DNA of 64,000 nt from contig JBOFJQ010000015.1 of NCBI GenBank assembly GCA_051656905.1, positions 66,861 to 130,860 of the forward strand, given 5' to 3'. Source of the stretch: Fusobacteriaceae bacterium. GTDB lineage: Bacteria; Fusobacteriota; Fusobacteriia; Fusobacteriales; Fusobacteriaceae. Position 1 is the stretch's first letter. Every line of letters starts with the position of its first letter. Of the stretch, positions 32,702 through 43,315 are shown piece after piece. Position numbers and translations under genes: made by a program. The notes beneath the pieces were generated by a model. That model searched no databases. It saw only the letters and a program-made list of their open reading frames with translations, and had not been told where the DNA came from.

Positions 32702-33172
32702 ATGAAAAAAACAAATGCGATGAGAGAGTTAGATAAAGCAAAGATTAAATATTCAACGCAGGAATATGAAGTTGATGAAAGCGATTTAAGTGCAATTAAT
32801 GCAGCACTTAAAATTGGTATTTATATAGAGCAAGTTTTTAAAACTTTAGTACTTTTTAATGAAAAAAAAGAGCTTATAGTTGCGTGTATTCAAGGAAATG
32901 CAGAATTAGATTTAAAAAAATTAGCTAAAATAAGTAACTCTAAAAAAGTAGAGATGCTTGGAGTTAAGGAACTTCTTGAAAATACAGGATATATAAGAGG
33001 GGGATGTTCTCCCATTGCAATAAAGAAAAGACATAGAGCTTTTATAAATGAATCTGCATTAGCATATGAACAAATTTATATAAGTGCTGGTGTAAGAGGA
33101 ACACAAATTTTAATAAATCCAAAGGATCTAATAAAATATTTAAATATGGAAGTTGAAAATATAATAGTTTAG
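32702..33172 (+). CDS. ybaK: Cys-tRNA(Pro)/Cys-tRNA(Cys) deacylase YbaK/EbsC
   Basis: 156 aa with the MKKTNAMR..L start and GGCSP motif typical of YbaK. Confidence 0.85.
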   Translation: MKKTNAMRELDKAKIKYSTQEYEVDESDLSAINAALKIGIYIEQVFKTLVLFNEKKELIVACIQGNAELDLKKLAKISNSKKVEMLGVKELLENTGYIRGGCSPIAIKKRHRAFINESALAYEQIYISAGVRGTQILINPKDLIKYLNMEVENIIV

Positions 33173-33479
33173 TTAAGATATTCGGCAGAAATTCTATGTT
33201 GCTTTTTTTAGTGAAATAATATATAATCCAAAGAAGTAAAAAAATATGGTCAGTAGAGGTCGCAGATGACAAGAGTAGTCTAAAAATTAAAGAAATTTAA
33301 TTGAGATGAAAGGGGATTTTGCCGAAATATTAGAATTATTTAATATTGGGGGTATAGTTAATAGCTATACAACTGTCGTTATATTAATAACGTTGTGCTA
33401 TCTGATGTTTATAAAATAAAATAGAAATTAAAATTGATTGTGAATATTCGGTTTTAAAAGATATTGTTTTTTGTATGCA

Positions 33480-33503
33480 GCAGGTTAATAACCTGCTTTT
33501 TTT
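33480..33503 (+). terminator. leader terminator/attenuator hairpin upstream of the symporter gene
   Basis: gcaggtt aat aacctgc followed by ttttttt, about 60 nt before the real start codon at 33564. Confidence 0.5.
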
Positions 33504-33563
33504 ATGACATTTTTTAGTGAAGTAATATTAAAAACAAAATTAAACTATATTGGGAGGAGAATT

Positions 33564-35093
33564 ATGTTAGAAAAAGTAAATGATTTTTTTGGATTTTTAG
33601 GTCCAATAACGGATATTGCGTGGGAGTTTCCACGTAATTATAGTGGGTATGCTAATATACCAATTTTAGGACAATTTTCACTGGCTATATTATTATTAAT
33701 GGGGTGTGGAGTATTTTTTACTTTCTGGCTAGGATTTGTTCAAATAAAATATTTTAAAAAGAGTTTTCAAATATTGAAAAATAAAAGTTCTTCAAAAGTA
33801 GGATTATCACCTTTGGCTGCATTTCTGTTAAGTAGTGCAACAAGAATAGGTCCAGGTAATATAATGGGAGTAACAGGTGCAGTTTCTACAGGGGGACCTG
33901 GAGCTTTATTTTGGATGTGGGTAAGTGCATTTTTCGGAATGGCTATAAGTTTTGTAGAGGCAACTTTATCTCAAATTTTTAAAGAAAAAGATGGAGATAA
34001 TTATGTTGGAGGAATAGCATACTACGGAAGAAGAATACTAGGAAATAGTAAAATAGTAGGGATATTAATAGCGATAGCATATATTACTTATGCATTATTT
34101 ACTCTTCCAAGCCAAGTTTTTCATATGTTTACAGCTTTTGGAAATGTAGCAAGTAAGATAACAGGGCAAACATATGAAAGATTTGATACTGTTTATATAG
34201 TGATAGGAGTAGTAATTATTTTTGCAACATTCCCAATTATATTTGGTGGAATAAAAAGAGTAGCGAAAGTTACAGATATAGTAGTTCCTATAATGGCAAT
34301 AATCTATTTTGTAATAGCGATATTTTTAATTGTACTTAATTTAGATAGAGTTCCATATTTTATAACTTCAGTAATATCAAATGCTTTTAGTCCACAGGCA
34401 ATATTTGGAGGATCTTTTGGTATAGCTTTACAACAAGGTATAAAAAGAGGTTTAATGTCAAATGAAGCAGGGCAAGGTACTATAACAATGGCTGCAGCTT
34501 CAGCAAGAGCAAAGCATCCTGTTGAGCAAGGTTTTGTTCAATCTTTTGGAGTGTTTGTTGATACTTTTGTTATTTGTACAATATCAGGTTTTTTAGTAGT
34601 AATGGGAAGAGTTTGGGAAAATCCTAGTATAAATTTTGAAGTATTAAAAAAGAGTAAGTTAGATACATTTTTAACATCTTTAGATATTTTAAGTCCGCAG
34701 TTTATGAGCTCAGGAATTCAAATTATAATGTCTTTATGTTATGGACTTTTTGCATTTTCTACAATAATCGGGATGATTGCTTTTATTGAGGTGTGCTCAA
34801 CAGAGATATCTAAAAAAAGAGGGTTCTCTATATTTACTAAGGTAATATCTTCTTTAGTTTTTGTACCTTTTGGAGTTTTATGTGTGTGGACAGGATTACA
34901 ATTGGACAATATTTGGGTTATAAGTGACTTAGTTAATCTGATGATGGTAGTAATAAACATTCCGTTAATTATATTAGGTGCTAAATATGTAAAAAAAGCT
35001 TTAATACATTATGAAAAAAATTATGATAGAATTCAGCAAGAAGAAGAGTTTGATTACGCTGAAATAGAAAGCGAGATAATAAATAAAAAATAA
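33564..35093 (+). CDS. sodium:alanine (amino acid) symporter, AgcS family
   Basis: Start at ATG 33564 after GGGAGGAG. The GPGALFWMW and SNEAGQG motifs are typical of AGCS transporters. Confidence 0.85.
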   Translation: MLEKVNDFFGFLGPITDIAWEFPRNYSGYANIPILGQFSLAILLLMGCGVFFTFWLGFVQIKYFKKSFQILKNKSSSKVGLSPLAAFLLSSATRIGPGNIMGVTGAVSTGGPGALFWMWVSAFFGMAISFVEATLSQIFKEKDGDNYVGGIAYYGRRILGNSKIVGILIAIAYITYALFTLPSQVFHMFTAFGNVASKITGQTYERFDTVYIVIGVVIIFATFPIIFGGIKRVAKVTDIVVPIMAIIYFVIAIFLIVLNLDRVPYFITSVISNAFSPQAIFGGSFGIALQQGIKRGLMSNEAGQGTITMAAASARAKHPVEQGFVQSFGVFVDTFVICTISGFLVVMGRVWENPSINFEVLKKSKLDTFLTSLDILSPQFMSSGIQIIMSLCYGLFAFSTIIGMIAFIEVCSTEISKKRGFSIFTKVISSLVFVPFGVLCVWTGLQLDNIWVISDLVNLMMVVINIPLIILGAKYVKKALIHYEKNYDRIQQEEEFDYAEIESEIINKK

Positions 35094-35234
35094 GTGTTTG
35101 TCAAAATGATAAAACTGTTGTAGTACAATCAAAAATGTGTTGATTTTTCGAAAGTATTGTAGTATAGTTATGCTACTCAGTACAATCTAATGAAAAAAAA
35201 TATTATATTTCTTTAATTTAGGGGGGCTTTTGAA

Positions 35235-36338
35235 ATGAAAAAATTTGAGTACATGGAAAAATTTGATCACGAACAGTTAATTTATTTTTATGACAAGACA
35301 ACAGGATTAAAAGGGATTACTTGCATACACGATACAACTTTAGGACCAGCTTTAGGTGGGACAAGATTGTGGAATTATGCTACAGAAGAAGAAGCTGTTT
35401 TAGATGTTTTAAGACTTGGAAGAGGTATGACTTATAAGGCAGCGTGCGCTGGTCTTAATTTAGGTGGTGGAAAAACAGTTTTAATTGGAGATCCTAAGAA
35501 AGTTAAAAGTGAAGGATATTTCAGAGCTTTAGGAAGATATGTACAATCTTTAAATGGAAGATATATAACAGCTGAGGATGTAAATACAGCAACTAAGGAC
35601 ATGGTTTACTTATCTATGGAAACAGACCATGTAGTAGGACTACCTGGAAAATCAGGAAATCCTTCTCCAGTTACAGCTTGGGGTGCTTATGTTGGAATAA
35701 AATCAGCTCTACAAGAGGTATATGGTTCAGATTCAGTAGATGGAAAAACTTTTGCTGTTCAAGGTGCTGGGCAAACAGGATATTTTTTAATTAAGTATTT
35801 ATTGGGAGATTTTTCTGATGTAAAAAATTGGAAAGAAAATAAAGATAGAGCTAAAAAAATATACTTTACAGAGATTAACAAATCGTATATAGATAGAATG
35901 AAGAAAGAATATCCAGAAGTTGAATTTGTAAAACCAGATGATATTTACGGATTAGATGTAGATGTATTTGTTCCATGTGCACTAGGAGCAGTTATAAATG
36001 ATGAAACAATTCCGCAGTTCAAAGCTAAAATAGTTGCAGGAACTGCTAATAATGTTTTAAAAGAAGCTAAACATGGTGATGATTTAAAAAATAAAGGAAT
36101 ACTATATGCTCCTGACTATGTAATTAATGCAGGGGGATTAATCAATGTTTATTATGAACTTGATGGATATGACTTTGTTAAATCAATGAGTGATGTAGAT
36201 AGAATTTATGATAGATTATTAGAAATTTATGCAATAGCTAAGAAAGATAATATTTCAGTTTCAAAAGCAGCAGATATGTTTGCAGAAAAAAGAATAGAAA
36301 TTATGAAAAATGTAAGAGCAACTTACGTTAAAAGATAA
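35235..36338 (+). CDS. Leu/Val-type (branched-chain) amino acid dehydrogenase
   Basis: 367 aa, Glu/Leu/Phe/Val dehydrogenase family with NLGGGKTV (catalytic Lys) and GAGQTG Rossmann motif. Confidence 0.85.
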   Translation: MKKFEYMEKFDHEQLIYFYDKTTGLKGITCIHDTTLGPALGGTRLWNYATEEEAVLDVLRLGRGMTYKAACAGLNLGGGKTVLIGDPKKVKSEGYFRALGRYVQSLNGRYITAEDVNTATKDMVYLSMETDHVVGLPGKSGNPSPVTAWGAYVGIKSALQEVYGSDSVDGKTFAVQGAGQTGYFLIKYLLGDFSDVKNWKENKDRAKKIYFTEINKSYIDRMKKEYPEVEFVKPDDIYGLDVDVFVPCALGAVINDETIPQFKAKIVAGTANNVLKEAKHGDDLKNKGILYAPDYVINAGGLINVYYELDGYDFVKSMSDVDRIYDRLLEIYAIAKKDNISVSKAADMFAEKRIEIMKNVRATYVKR

Positions 36339-36380
36339 TTAGTAAGAGTAAAAATTAGTTAGAATTAATAGAAATAGAAA

Positions 36381-36413
36381 CCTCCTAAGTATTATTAATT
36401 AGTGCTTAGGAGG
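36381..36413 (+). terminator. intercistronic hairpin (weak terminator or processing site)
   Basis: 9-bp stem cctcctaag / cttaggagg with a 15-nt loop and a poor T-tract. Confidence 0.3.
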
Positions 36414-36433
36414 ATTTCGCATATTAAGGGAGG

Positions 36434-37348
36434 ATGGAATTGTCTTATTTTGATAAACTATTAGGAAAAATAAAATCACAAAAATCAAAAATAGTTTCTG
36501 TTGCTTGTGCTGAAGATGAAGATGTACTTACAGCTGTTGAAAATGCCAGAAAAATAGGGATAATAAGTGCTGTTTTAGTTGGAAATAAAGAAAAAATAGT
36601 AGAGATTTTAAAAGAGTTAAATTATGAAGTAAATAATTATGAAATCATTGACGAAAAAAATATGGAGTTAGCATCTCAGGAAGCTGTTAGATTAGTTTCT
36701 GAAGGAAAGGCAGACATAGTAATGAAAGGATTAGTAGACACTTCAATTATATTAAAAGCTGTTTTAAATTCAAAGCACGGACTAAGAATTTCAGACAATT
36801 TATTATCTCATGTGGGAGTTTTTTTCAACGATCATTATCATAAAGCATTTATAGTTACAGATGCGGCAATGAATATAGAGCCTACCTTAGAAGAAAAAGT
36901 TAAAATTATAAATAATGCAGTAAAAATATCTCGGGATTTAGGTGTTGATACTCCAAAAGTTGCCTGTATTTGTGCTAAGGAAAAAGTTTCTTTAAAAATG
37001 AAAGCAACTGTTGATGCAGATAAGTTACAAAAGATGTGTGAAGATGGGGAGATAAAGGATTGTATAGTTGGAGGTCCCTTTGCATTGGATAATGCTATAT
37101 CAAAAGAAGCAGCTATTCATAAAGGGATTACACATACTGTAGCAGGGGATGCAGATATATTGCTAATGCCTCAAATAGAAAGTGGAAATGTTCTTTATAA
37201 GGCATTAACATATTTGTCAAAATGTGAAAATGCATCTATAATAGTAGGAGCAAAGGCTCCAATTGTTTTGACTTCTAGAGCAGATAGTGAAGAGACAAAG
37301 TTTAATTCAATATTGTTAGCATTAGCTTTTAATAATATAGCTGATTAA
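36434..37348 (+). CDS. ptb: phosphate butyryltransferase
   Basis: PTA_PTB family, directly upstream of buk. The start may be the in-frame TTG at 36440, which is better spaced from GGGAGG. Confidence 0.88.
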   Translation: MELSYFDKLLGKIKSQKSKIVSVACAEDEDVLTAVENARKIGIISAVLVGNKEKIVEILKELNYEVNNYEIIDEKNMELASQEAVRLVSEGKADIVMKGLVDTSIILKAVLNSKHGLRISDNLLSHVGVFFNDHYHKAFIVTDAAMNIEPTLEEKVKIINNAVKISRDLGVDTPKVACICAKEKVSLKMKATVDADKLQKMCEDGEIKDCIVGGPFALDNAISKEAAIHKGITHTVAGDADILLMPQIESGNVLYKALTYLSKCENASIIVGAKAPIVLTSRADSEETKFNSILLALAFNNIAD

Positions 37349-37374
37349 TATTAAGTAATGGAGGAGTAATACAG

Positions 37375-38436
37375 ATGAAAATTTTATCAATAAATCCAGG
37401 TTCTACATCTACTAAAATTGCTGTTTTTGAAGATGAAAAACAGATTATGGAAAAAGTATTAAGACATTCAAATGCAGAGCTAGAGAAATACGAAGATATC
37501 TATTCTCAAAAATCATTTAGAAAAGAAGTAATATTAGAAGCTTTGAAAGAGGCGGATATTACTGTGGAATCTTTAGAGATTGTAGTTGGACGTGGAGGAC
37601 TTTTAAAACCCATTGAAGGTGGAACATATTTAGTTACAGACAATATGTTAAAAGACTTAAAAAAAGGTGTGCTTGGGGAGCATGCTTCTAATTTAGGTGG
37701 TGCAATAGCAAAGGAAATAGCTGATACTATTGGGAAAAAAGCATATATTGTAGATCCTGTTGTAGTAGATGAGCTTGAAGAGATAGCAAGAGTTTCAGGT
37801 TTTGCTGAAATTGAAAGAATATCAATTTTCCATGCACTTAATCAAAAAGCTGTAGCTAGAAGATATTGTAAAGAAAACTCTGTGAAGTATGAGGAAAAAA
37901 ATATTGTCGTAGCACATTTAGGTGGAGGAATATCTGTAGGAATACACAAAGAAGGTAGGGTTATAGATGTTAATAATGCTTTAGATGGTGATGGACCTTT
38001 TTCTCCAGAAAGATCAGGGGGAGTTCCTGTGGGGCAACTTGTAAAAATGTGTTTTTCAGGTGAATATACAGCGGACTTTATAAAGAAAAGAATAAAAGGT
38101 AATGGGGGAATAGTAGGTTATTTAAATACAAACGACGTAAGAGATGTAGTTAAAATGATTGAAGAGGGAAATGAAAAAGCTAAGTTAATTTTAGATGCAA
38201 TGTGCTATCAAGTGGCTAAAGAAATAGGCGCTGTTTCAACTGTTGTAGCTGGAAAAGTAGACGCAATAATATTAACAGGTGGAATTAGTTACTCTAAGCT
38301 TGTAGTTGATAAAATCTCTGACAGTGTAAGATTTATTGCACCTGTTATAGTATATCCAGGAGAAGATGAGATGAGTGCTCTTGCCTTTGGAGGATTAAGA
38401 GTTGCAAGAGGGGAAGAAGTAGCTAAAATTTATTAA
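37375..38436 (+). CDS. buk: butyrate kinase
   Basis: MKILSINPGSTSTKIAVFE start and the acetate/butyrate kinase fold. Confidence 0.93.
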   Translation: MKILSINPGSTSTKIAVFEDEKQIMEKVLRHSNAELEKYEDIYSQKSFRKEVILEALKEADITVESLEIVVGRGGLLKPIEGGTYLVTDNMLKDLKKGVLGEHASNLGGAIAKEIADTIGKKAYIVDPVVVDELEEIARVSGFAEIERISIFHALNQKAVARRYCKENSVKYEEKNIVVAHLGGGISVGIHKEGRVIDVNNALDGDGPFSPERSGGVPVGQLVKMCFSGEYTADFIKKRIKGNGGIVGYLNTNDVRDVVKMIEEGNEKAKLILDAMCYQVAKEIGAVSTVVAGKVDAIILTGGISYSKLVVDKISDSVRFIAPVIVYPGEDEMSALAFGGLRVARGEEVAKIY

Positions 38437-38625
38437 AAGATAGTTCCTTAAAAAGAACTATAAAAATATTATGAAAAAAATAAAGAGGTAACCTAAAAGT
38501 ATGGTAGAAAATTCTACTATTACTTTTAATTATACCTCTTTCTTTTTTTATATCTTTATATTTCTAGATATCTCTATATCTCTCTCTATATATACTTATA
38601 TCTATTTTAGTTATTAAAAATTTTT

Positions 38626-40239
38626 TTATTCAATTTCTTTTGTAAAAGAAAAATCTATAATTTTTAATCCATCAACAGCTGCAGAAGTTATACCTCCAGC
38701 ATATCCTGCACCTTCTCCTATAGGGAAGACCCCTTTTATATTAAGAGATTCACCCAGGGAGTCTCTAACTATTCTTACAGGGGCTGATGTACGAGTCTCA
38801 GGCCCTATTAAGTTTGCTTTATCTGAAACAAAACCTTTGTGAATAGAATTCCAGTGATTTAGAGCAAGTTTCATATTGTCAGTTATAAATTTAGGTAACA
38901 AGTCATTTAAATTAGAAGGGGTAAGTGCCATTTCATAACTTGAATCCTGAATTTTAGTACTTGGTCTATTATTTATAAAATCTATAGTATTTTGGAAAAT
39001 TCCTGTGTAACCTTTCCCCATTTCATATGCTTTCTTTTCAAGCTGTTCTTGAAATTCCATTCCAGAAAAAAGATGGTCTCCAAATTCATTTTCTTTTACA
39101 GTTACAACAAGAGCTGAATTTGAAAAAGGTCTTTTTCTATCAGAGTAACTCATTCCATTAACTAGAGTTCCTCCCTCTTGAGATGCAGCATTAACAATAA
39201 CTCCCCCAGGGCACATGCAGAAAGAAAAAATACCTCTGTCTTCAGCTTTGTTATTATAAGTTAAAGTATAAGTAGCAGTTCCAAGAAGGTCATTATCGTG
39301 TTCCTTACCAAACATAAGTTTGTCAATAAAATCTCTAGTGTGTTCAATACGAGCTCCAACAGCAAAAGCTTTATTCTCCATTAAAATTCCATTTTTGTGT
39401 AACATTCTATAAGTGTCTCTAGCAGAGTGACCAATAGCTAAAATAAGTTTATCAACTTTAAAGATAGCTGTTGAATTATTAGAATTAGGGTGAACATTTG
39501 TTGGAGTAATCTCAATACTCTCTAAAACGCCATTATTTGCATTTATGTTAGTCAGTTGAGAGTTGAAGTGGAAATACCCTCCCATGGCTTTAATTTTCTC
39601 TCTAAGGTTGCTTATAACTGTTTTTAATACGTCAGTACCGATATGAGGTTTATAATCCCAAGAAATTTGCTCTTGAGCTCCACATTCTAATAAAATTTCA
39701 AAAACATCATTAATATAACCACTTTTAATTCTTGTATTTAATTTTCCGTCAGAATATGTTCCTGCTCCACCCTCTCCAAATTGAATATTAGAGTTAGGGT
39801 TTAAAATAGAACTATCAATAAATTTTTGAATACTTGCATCTCTCTCTTCTATTGTTTCCCCTCTTTCAAAAATAAGTGGGGCATATCCGTATTTGCATAA
39901 AGAATAAGCTGCAAAAAGTCCAGCTGGTCCAGAACCTATAATGGCAATTTTAGTATTTAAATCAAAAAGTGCTTCTCTAGGAGTTGGGTTATTTTCTTGA
40001 ATTACCTTAATATTCTCTTTTTTAGGGATATTTTTTAATTCTGTAGTTGATATCTCAATATTATATACTAATTTAATATCACTTTTTTTTCTACTGTCAA
40101 TAGAACGTTTAGAATACTTCATATCTAAAACATCCTTATTTGATATACCTAATTTTTCAATCTCTTTATAAATGGATTCCCTTTGGTTTGAATGTAAGGG
40201 AACTATAATGTTTGTAATACTTATTTTCAAATATCTCAC
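38626..40239 (-). CDS. FAD-dependent oxidoreductase (COG2509-like, uncharacterised)
   Basis: Dinucleotide motif IIGSGPAGLFAA after a ~95-aa N-terminal domain. The start may be TTG 40230. Confidence 0.7.
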   Translation of the reverse strand: MRYLKISITNIIVPLHSNQRESIYKEIEKLGISNKDVLDMKYSKRSIDSRKKSDIKLVYNIEISTTELKNIPKKENIKVIQENNPTPREALFDLNTKIAIIGSGPAGLFAAYSLCKYGYAPLIFERGETIEERDASIQKFIDSSILNPNSNIQFGEGGAGTYSDGKLNTRIKSGYINDVFEILLECGAQEQISWDYKPHIGTDVLKTVISNLREKIKAMGGYFHFNSQLTNINANNGVLESIEITPTNVHPNSNNSTAIFKVDKLILAIGHSARDTYRMLHKNGILMENKAFAVGARIEHTRDFIDKLMFGKEHDNDLLGTATYTLTYNNKAEDRGIFSFCMCPGGVIVNAASQEGGTLVNGMSYSDRKRPFSNSALVVTVKENEFGDHLFSGMEFQEQLEKKAYEMGKGYTGIFQNTIDFINNRPSTKIQDSSYEMALTPSNLNDLLPKFITDNMKLALNHWNSIHKGFVSDKANLIGPETRTSAPVRIVRDSLGESLNIKGVFPIGEGAGYAGGITSAAVDGLKIIDFSFTKEIE

Positions 40240-40287
40240 CTCTATATGAATTTTATCATATAAATCAGATAAATAAAAGAATGCAAT

Positions 40288-40326
40288 AAAAAAAGAAACT
40301 TAATTTGAATGAACAAATTAAGCTTC
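40288..40326 (-). terminator. rho-independent terminator of hup
   Basis: On the minus strand, gaagcttaatttg ttcatt caaattaagtttc followed by a T-run. Confidence 0.75.
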
Positions 40327-40346
40327 AAGATTAATATTAAATTAAA

Positions 40347-40649
40347 TTATTTTTTACCTTTTTTTGCTTTAATTGCAGCAATTTTCTCTTCTAAACCTTT
40401 TCCTACTCTAAATTTAACAACTTTTTTAGCAGGAACTTTAATTTTATCACCAGTTTGAGGGTTTCTAACTTCTCTAGCCTCTCTGTCGATAACTTCCCAT
40501 TTTCCCCATCCTACAAATGAAACAGTTTCTCCGTTTACTAAAGACTCTTCAACAGTTTCAAGAAATGACGCTACGTATTTTTCAGTATCTTTTTTAGAAA
40601 CACCTTCTAATTTTGAAGCAAATTTGTCAATAAATTCTTTTTTAGTCAT
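40347..40649 (-). CDS. hup: HU family DNA-binding protein
   Basis: 100 aa with MTKKEFID..., the RNPQTG arm, and a short Lys-rich C-terminal tail. Confidence 0.9.
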   Translation of the reverse strand: MTKKEFIDKFASKLEGVSKKDTEKYVASFLETVEESLVNGETVSFVGWGKWEVIDREAREVRNPQTGDKIKVPAKKVVKFRVGKGLEEKIAAIKAKKGKK

Positions 40650-40925
40650 AATTAATATCCTCCTGTTTTCTAGTTAAAATAAAGTATAATGAAATAACGT
40701 GAACACATAGTTATTTACTACACATTAATTACTTTCTAAAGTTCAAATTTCCTTTTTTTATTAGTAAAAATAAATTAAATATCGTTCAATAGAAAGCGTG
40801 TTAACATAAGATATAAAATTATGATTAAAATGTCAAGTAAAAAAACAAAAAAAACATAATAAAAACAAAGAAAAATTGCCTTTCACCAAAAAATGTATTA
40901 AAAATAGTAAAAAACGTCAAAAAAG

Positions 40926-40958
40926 TAAAAAATCCCACAAAAACATGGGATTTTTTTT
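40926..40958 (-). terminator. rho-independent terminator of the oxidoreductase operon
   Basis: atccca caaaaaca tgggat flanked by an A-run and a T-run. Confidence 0.65.
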
Positions 40959-40965
40959 ATTTTAA

Positions 40966-41505
40966 TTATTTAACAGAATTTGCACCTTTTTCAATTGCTT
41001 CTTTGTTCAATGGAACAAATTTAGCTTTATTTTCACCAAATACTTTAGGAAAAGCATCTAATATAGATTGAGGAGCAACAACTGGAGACTTTTCAAGCAT
41101 AGCACCTAGCATAACCATGTTAGCTATTTTTAAGTTTCCTAAATCATTTGCAATGTCATTAGCTGGAATATAATATATTTCAATATCAGTTCTTGAAGGT
41201 TTAAAATCAATTAAAGATGAATTGATAAATAATTTTCCTCCAGATACTAATGAATCTTGGAATTTAAGTAAAGATGGTAAATTCATAGCTACAACTATTG
41301 TTGCATCATTTGTAATAACAGGAGATCCTACTGGCTTGTCTGAAACAACTACAGAACAGTTAGCTGTTCCTCCTCTCATTTCAGCACCATATGATGGACA
41401 CCATGAAACTTCTTTATTTTCAAGCATTCCAGCATAAGTTACAAGCATTCCAAGAGACATAAGTCCTTGTCCACCAAATCCAGCACATATAATTTTATCA
41501 GTCAT
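40966..41505 (-). CDS. 2-oxoacid:ferredoxin oxidoreductase, gamma subunit
   Basis: 179 aa with the GFGGQG motif. Confidence 0.85.
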   Translation of the reverse strand: MTDKIICAGFGGQGLMSLGMLVTYAGMLENKEVSWCPSYGAEMRGGTANCSVVVSDKPVGSPVITNDATIVVAMNLPSLLKFQDSLVSGGKLFINSSLIDFKPSRTDIEIYYIPANDIANDLGNLKIANMVMLGAMLEKSPVVAPQSILDAFPKVFGENKAKFVPLNKEAIEKGANSVK

Positions 41506-42242
41506 TATTTAACCTCCTTCTTATTTCCTAGAGGATAGAAAGGAATCATATTCTCTTCTAACCATTTTAAAGAGTCGATTGGAGTTATTCCCCAGTTAGT
41601 TGGACAAGTTGAAAGAACTTCAACGATTGAGAAACCTGTTCCGTTAATTTGGTTTTCAAAAGCTTTTTTTATAACAGCTTTAGCTTTTCTAACAGCTATA
41701 GGATTGTGAACAGAAACTCTTTCAACAAAAGTAGCCCCATCTAAAGTCGCTAACATCTCAGACATTCTAATTGGTGAACCTGCAACAGCAGTATTTCTTC
41801 CAGATTGACATGTAGTAGCTTTTTGACCAGGAAGAGTTGTTGGAGCCATTTGTCCACCAGTCATTCCATAGATACAGTTATTAACGAATATAGTAGTTAT
41901 TTTTTCCCCTCTAGCAGCAGCATGAATAATTTCAGCAGTTCCGATAGAAGCTAAATCTCCATCACCTTGATAAGTAAATACAACTTTATCAGGTAAAGCT
42001 CTTTTTATTCCTGTAGCAACAGCAGGAGCTCTTCCGTGACCAGCTTGTTGCATATCACAGTTAAAGTAGTTATAAGCTAGAACCGCACATCCAACAGGTG
42101 CAACTCCAACAGTCTCTCCTAAAACACCTAACTCTTCTAAAACTTCTCCAACTAGTCTGTGGATAATTCCGTGAGTACATCCAGGGCAATAGTGAGTTTC
42201 TTTTTCAGTTAATCCATGAGTTCTCTGAAAAACAGTAGCCAT
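41505..42242 (-). CDS. 2-oxoacid:ferredoxin oxidoreductase, beta (TPP-binding) subunit
   Basis: CPGCTHG and GDGD...N TPP motifs. Confidence 0.9.
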   Translation of the reverse strand: MATVFQRTHGLTEKETHYCPGCTHGIIHRLVGEVLEELGVLGETVGVAPVGCAVLAYNYFNCDMQQAGHGRAPAVATGIKRALPDKVVFTYQGDGDLASIGTAEIIHAAARGEKITTIFVNNCIYGMTGGQMAPTTLPGQKATTCQSGRNTAVAGSPIRMSEMLATLDGATFVERVSVHNPIAVRKAKAVIKKAFENQINGTGFSIVEVLSTCPTNWGITPIDSLKWLEENMIPFYPLGNKKEVK

Positions 42243-43300
42243 TATTTACCTCCTAAAATTTCTTTTGCTTTATTATAAATTTCAGTTGGAGTTGGAATTA
42301 CTCCACCAGTTCTACCAAAGAATGAAATTTCATGTTTACACTCTGAGTATAATTTGATATCTTCTACCATTTGTCCCATACTCATTTCAACAGTTAAAAT
42401 TTTTCTTCCTGGCTTCAAAGTGCTTAAAGCTTTTTTAGGGAATGGCCATAATGTAATTGGTCTAAATAAACCTACTTTATATCCTTCCTCTCTTAATTGG
42501 TCTACAACATTTCTAACTATTCTTGAAGTTGTTCCATATGCAGCGAAAACCATATCAGCATCTTCACAAAGGTATAACTCAGCTCTTTGCTCTTTCTCTT
42601 CAATTTCTGCATATTTTCTAAATAAATGGTGGTTATGTACTTCTAAATCTTCAGCAGCAAGATATAGAGAATTTATAACGTTAGGTTTTCTTTCACCTTT
42701 TGTACCAACAGTAGCCCAAGAAGATTTGTCTTTTTCAGCTCTAGGTTTTACATTGTCAAATGAAACTGGTTCCATCATTTGTCCAATAAGTCCGTCAGCT
42801 AAAAGCATAACAGGAGTTCTATAGTGATCAGCAAGATCAAAACAATCGATAGTTAAATCTACAGCTTCTTGAACAGAAGCAGGAGCGTAAGAAGGAACTC
42901 TGTAGTCACCATTACCTCCACCTTTAACACACATATTATAATCTGATTGAGCAGCTTGGATTCCCCCTAAACCAGGTCCACCTCTCATTAAGTTCATAAT
43001 AACACCTGGAACTTCAGCTCCAGCCATATAAGTTATTCCTTCTTGTTTAAGAGCTATACCTGGAGAAGAAGAAGATGTTAAACATCTAGTTCCTGTACCA
43101 GCAGCACCATAAAGCATGTTTATAGCAGCAACCTCTGATTCAGCTTGAACAAAAGAGCCACCAGCTTTAGGTAAAGCATGTGATAAATACTCTGGGATTT
43201 CATTTTGAGGAGTTATAGGGTAACCAAAGAAACACTTACAACCAGCAACAATAGCTGCTTTTCCTATAGCCTCATTACCTTTCATTAAAATTTTAGCCAT
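42242..43300 (-). CDS. 2-oxoacid:ferredoxin oxidoreductase, alpha subunit
   Basis: 352 aa, [10 protein letters not shown] motif, translationally coupled to the beta subunit. Confidence 0.9.
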   Translation of the reverse strand: MAKILMKGNEAIGKAAIVAGCKCFFGYPITPQNEIPEYLSHALPKAGGSFVQAESEVAAINMLYGAAGTGTRCLTSSSSPGIALKQEGITYMAGAEVPGVIMNLMRGGPGLGGIQAAQSDYNMCVKGGGNGDYRVPSYAPASVQEAVDLTIDCFDLADHYRTPVMLLADGLIGQMMEPVSFDNVKPRAEKDKSSWATVGTKGERKPNVINSLYLAAEDLEVHNHHLFRKYAEIEEKEQRAELYLCEDADMVFAAYGTTSRIVRNVVDQLREEGYKVGLFRPITLWPFPKKALSTLKPGRKILTVEMSMGQMVEDIKLYSECKHEISFFGRTGGVIPTPTEIYNKAKEILGGK

Positions 43301-43315
43301 ATTATTTTTAACCTC

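Noticed and set aside
33042-33272. 76-aa minus-strand ORF at the ybaK 3' end
   Set aside because: It overlaps ybaK in antisense and extends into the structured leader. It has no RBS.
33173-33563. T-box or glycine riboswitch identity for the symporter leader
   Set aside because: I could not find the T-box 14-mer (GGGTGGTACCGCG-like) or the glycine aptamer cores (GGAGAG ... CCGAAGGGGCAA). I kept it only as an unclassified leader.
38540-38615. TA/TC-rich low-complexity tract (tatctctatatctctctctatatatac...) between buk and the FAD protein gene
   Set aside because: It has no regular repeat unit, spacer structure or flanking genes that would suggest a CRISPR or a regulatory array. It is probably curved AT-rich intergenic DNA.
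40347-40649. HU with a Lys-rich C-terminal extension (AAIKAKKGKK)
   Set aside because: It is only about 10 aa longer than canonical HU. Such tails are common variations and are not distinctive enough to flag.
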